Of a DNA stretch of 64,000 nucleotides, positions 62,417 to 64,000 are shown piece by piece; position 1 is the stretch's first letter, and the number at the start of each line of letters is the position of its first letter. The notes under the pieces are model-generated. The model made no database searches, was not told where the DNA came from, and saw only the letters and a list, made by a program, of their open reading frames with translations. A program made the position numbers and the translations under genes. Source of the stretch: Thermoleophilia bacterium (GTDB taxonomy: Bacteria; Actinomycetota; Thermoleophilia; UBA2241); contig JAXGLO010000001.1 in the NCBI GenBank assembly GCA_040769125.1, positions 736,868-800,867 of the forward strand, written 5' to 3'.

Positions 62417-63948
62417 CGACATCGCCTGCGCGCGCGATCATGATGACGGGCACCGGCTCGCACTCGGGAAAGACCGTGCTTGCCGCCGCCCTGTGCCGCC
62501 TGTATGCGCGCCGCGGCTACCGCGTTGCTCCCTTCAAGGCGCAGAACATGGCGCTGAACTCATACGTCACGGCTGAGGGCGGCGAGATGGGGCGCGGCCA
62601 GGCGTATCAGGCCATGGCGGCCGGGGTCGCGCCTCACGTCACGATGAACCCGATTCTGCTCAAGCCGAGCTCGGCTACCGGAAGTCAGGTGATCGTGCTT
62701 GGCCGTCCCGTCGGCCACATGAAGGTACGCGAGTACCACGCCTATCAGCCACACGTGTGGCCTACTGTGACCGATGCCTACGAGCAGCTGGCCGCCGCGA
62801 ACGATCTCATCGTCATCGAGGGCGCCGGCAGCCCGGCCGAGATCAACCTCCGCAACCAGGACATCGTCAACATGGCGGTCGCACGGTACGCGCGCTGCCC
62901 GGTGCTTCTGATCGGAGACATCGACCGCGGCGGCGTCTTCGCCTCGCTGGTCGGGCACATGGAGCTGTTCACGCCCGAGGAGCGCCGGCTGGTGCGGGGA
63001 TTCGTCATCAACAAGTTCCGCGGCGACGCGAGCCTTCTCGAGAACGGGATCGAGCTCCTGTGCGAGCGGACGGGCGTGCCGACGCTCGGGGTGGTGCCGA
63101 TGCTCACCGACTGGCGCGGCGAGGAGGAGGACTCACTCGGGATCGACGACCGGCGGGCGCGAGCCAAGCGTGACGCACCGCTGCAGATCGCCGTGGTGCG
63201 CCTGCCGTTCATCAGCAACTACACCGACTTCGACGTCCTTGCGGACGAGCCGGATGTGAACGTGCGGTACGCGACCGTGGCCGCCGATCTCGCCGGCGCC
63301 GCGGCAATCGTGCTGCCCGGCACCAAGAGCACGATCGCCGATCTCGACTGGCTCCGGCGGAGCGGGGTGGCGGCGGCGATGCAGGCTGCTGCCGCCGCCG
63401 GCACTCCGGTGATCGGCGTCTGCGGCGGCTACCAGATGCTCGGCAGCCGCATCCTCGATCCCGAGCGGGTGGAGTCGGACGCCGGCGCGGTCGACGGGCT
63501 CGGCCTGCTCGATGTGGAGACGACCTACGCCGGCGAGAAGCGCACGATGCGTGTGGAGGGCGAGGTGCTGGCCGGCTCGCCTGCGGCCGCCGGCCTCCTC
63601 GGGCCACCCGGCACCCGCGTGAGCGGCTACGAGATCCACATGGGGCGCACCAGATTGGTGGACGGCGCGGCGCCGCTGCTGCGGCTGCGCGACACGGACG
63701 GCGCGCAGCGCGACGACGGAGCCGTCTCGGCCGACGGTGCGGTGTGCGGAAGCTACGTCCACGGCCTCTTCGACCATCCGGACGTACGCGCCGCTTTCCT
63801 GGACGGGCTGCGCGCCCGGCACGGCCTGCCGTTGCGCGGAGCGAGCGCGGCCTCCCCGTCGGACGACGGTATCGATCGTCTCGCCGATCACGTCGAGGCG
63901 CACCTCGACACTGACCTGCTGGCCACCATCGTCGGTTTGGAGCTGTGA
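62413..63948 (+). CDS. cbiP: Cobyric acid synthase
   Basis: IMMTGTGSHSGKTVLAAALCR N-terminal domain and the C-terminal GATase with CGGYQMLG. Confidence 0.9.
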   Translation: MTTSPARAIMMTGTGSHSGKTVLAAALCRLYARRGYRVAPFKAQNMALNSYVTAEGGEMGRGQAYQAMAAGVAPHVTMNPILLKPSSATGSQVIVLGRPVGHMKVREYHAYQPHVWPTVTDAYEQLAAANDLIVIEGAGSPAEINLRNQDIVNMAVARYARCPVLLIGDIDRGGVFASLVGHMELFTPEERRLVRGFVINKFRGDASLLENGIELLCERTGVPTLGVVPMLTDWRGEEEDSLGIDDRRARAKRDAPLQIAVVRLPFISNYTDFDVLADEPDVNVRYATVAADLAGAAAIVLPGTKSTIADLDWLRRSGVAAAMQAAAAAGTPVIGVCGGYQMLGSRILDPERVESDAGAVDGLGLLDVETTYAGEKRTMRVEGEVLAGSPAAAGLLGPPGTRVSGYEIHMGRTRLVDGAAPLLRLRDTDGAQRDDGAVSADGAVCGSYVHGLFDHPDVRAAFLDGLRARHGLPLRGASAASPSDDGIDRLADHVEAHLDTDLLATIVGLEL

Positions 63949-64000
63949 TGACTGAGCTACCGGAGATCGTACCCGGAATCGTCTACCTGGTCGGAGCCGG
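63948..64000 (+). CDS. Start of a uroporphyrinogen-III/precorrin methyltransferase-like gene (partial)
   Basis: MTELPEIVPGIVYLVGAG fits the VYLVGAGPGD N-terminus of SUMT-family enzymes. Only 17 codons lie in the window. Confidence 0.4.
   Translation, partial: MTELPEIVPGIVYLVGA

Overview
High-GC bacterial chromosome segment from a likely anaerobe. It carries a Ni-CODH operon (cooC-cooF-cooS plus an FAD oxidoreductase), NikR with a Ni/Co ECF transporter, and an anaerobic-type cbi cobalamin operon behind a cobalamin riboswitch. The layout is: (i) 1-8.2 kb, an envelope-signalling locus with an ECF sigma/anti-sigma pair, an atypical Ser/Thr kinase, two small hyper-acidic membrane proteins, a CARDB-like membrane protein and a two-component system; (ii) 8.3-9.7 kb, decayed toxin-antitoxin modules (frameshifted brnT with brnA; internally deleted higB-like with an XRE antitoxin) next to tRNA-Arg(CCT); (iii) 10.4-18.9 kb, a lower-GC cluster of unrecognised genes (a 1325-aa protein with an N-terminal HTH, an Ig-like membrane protein, a small lipoprotein, a 236-aa and a 189-aa protein, and a Cys-rich protein ending in an Rx4H HEPN-like motif) bracketed by ~110-nt imperfect direct repeats, which is my best candidate for an undescribed defence or abortive-infection system; (iv) 19.2-26.1 kb, a complete Type I R-M operon (hsdMSR) and a NYN-domain protein; (v) 26.4-26.9 kb, IS256 and IS21 gene fragments; (vi) 27-32.6 kb, a zinc-ribbon membrane protein, a 469-aa protein whose N-terminal domain is duplicated 18 kb away, a PH-like protein, phd/parE, an orphan higA with a 19-codon higB remnant flanked by ~80-nt repeats, and GyrI-like and SnoaL-like genes; (vii) 33-41 kb, the nickel uptake and CODH genes; (viii) 41-51 kb, three AT-rich GGDEF diguanylate cyclase genes interleaved with flavodoxin/ferredoxin, ICMT-like, CvpA and a Trp-rich membrane protein; (ix) 52.5-64 kb, the cbi operon with several gene fusions (cbiD-cbiE, cbiJ-cobO). 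Many spurious long ORFs on the non-coding strand were discarded as high-GC frame artefacts. Coordinates taken from the ORF track are exact; positions I counted by hand (repeats, tRNA, alternative starts) may be off by 1-2 nt.
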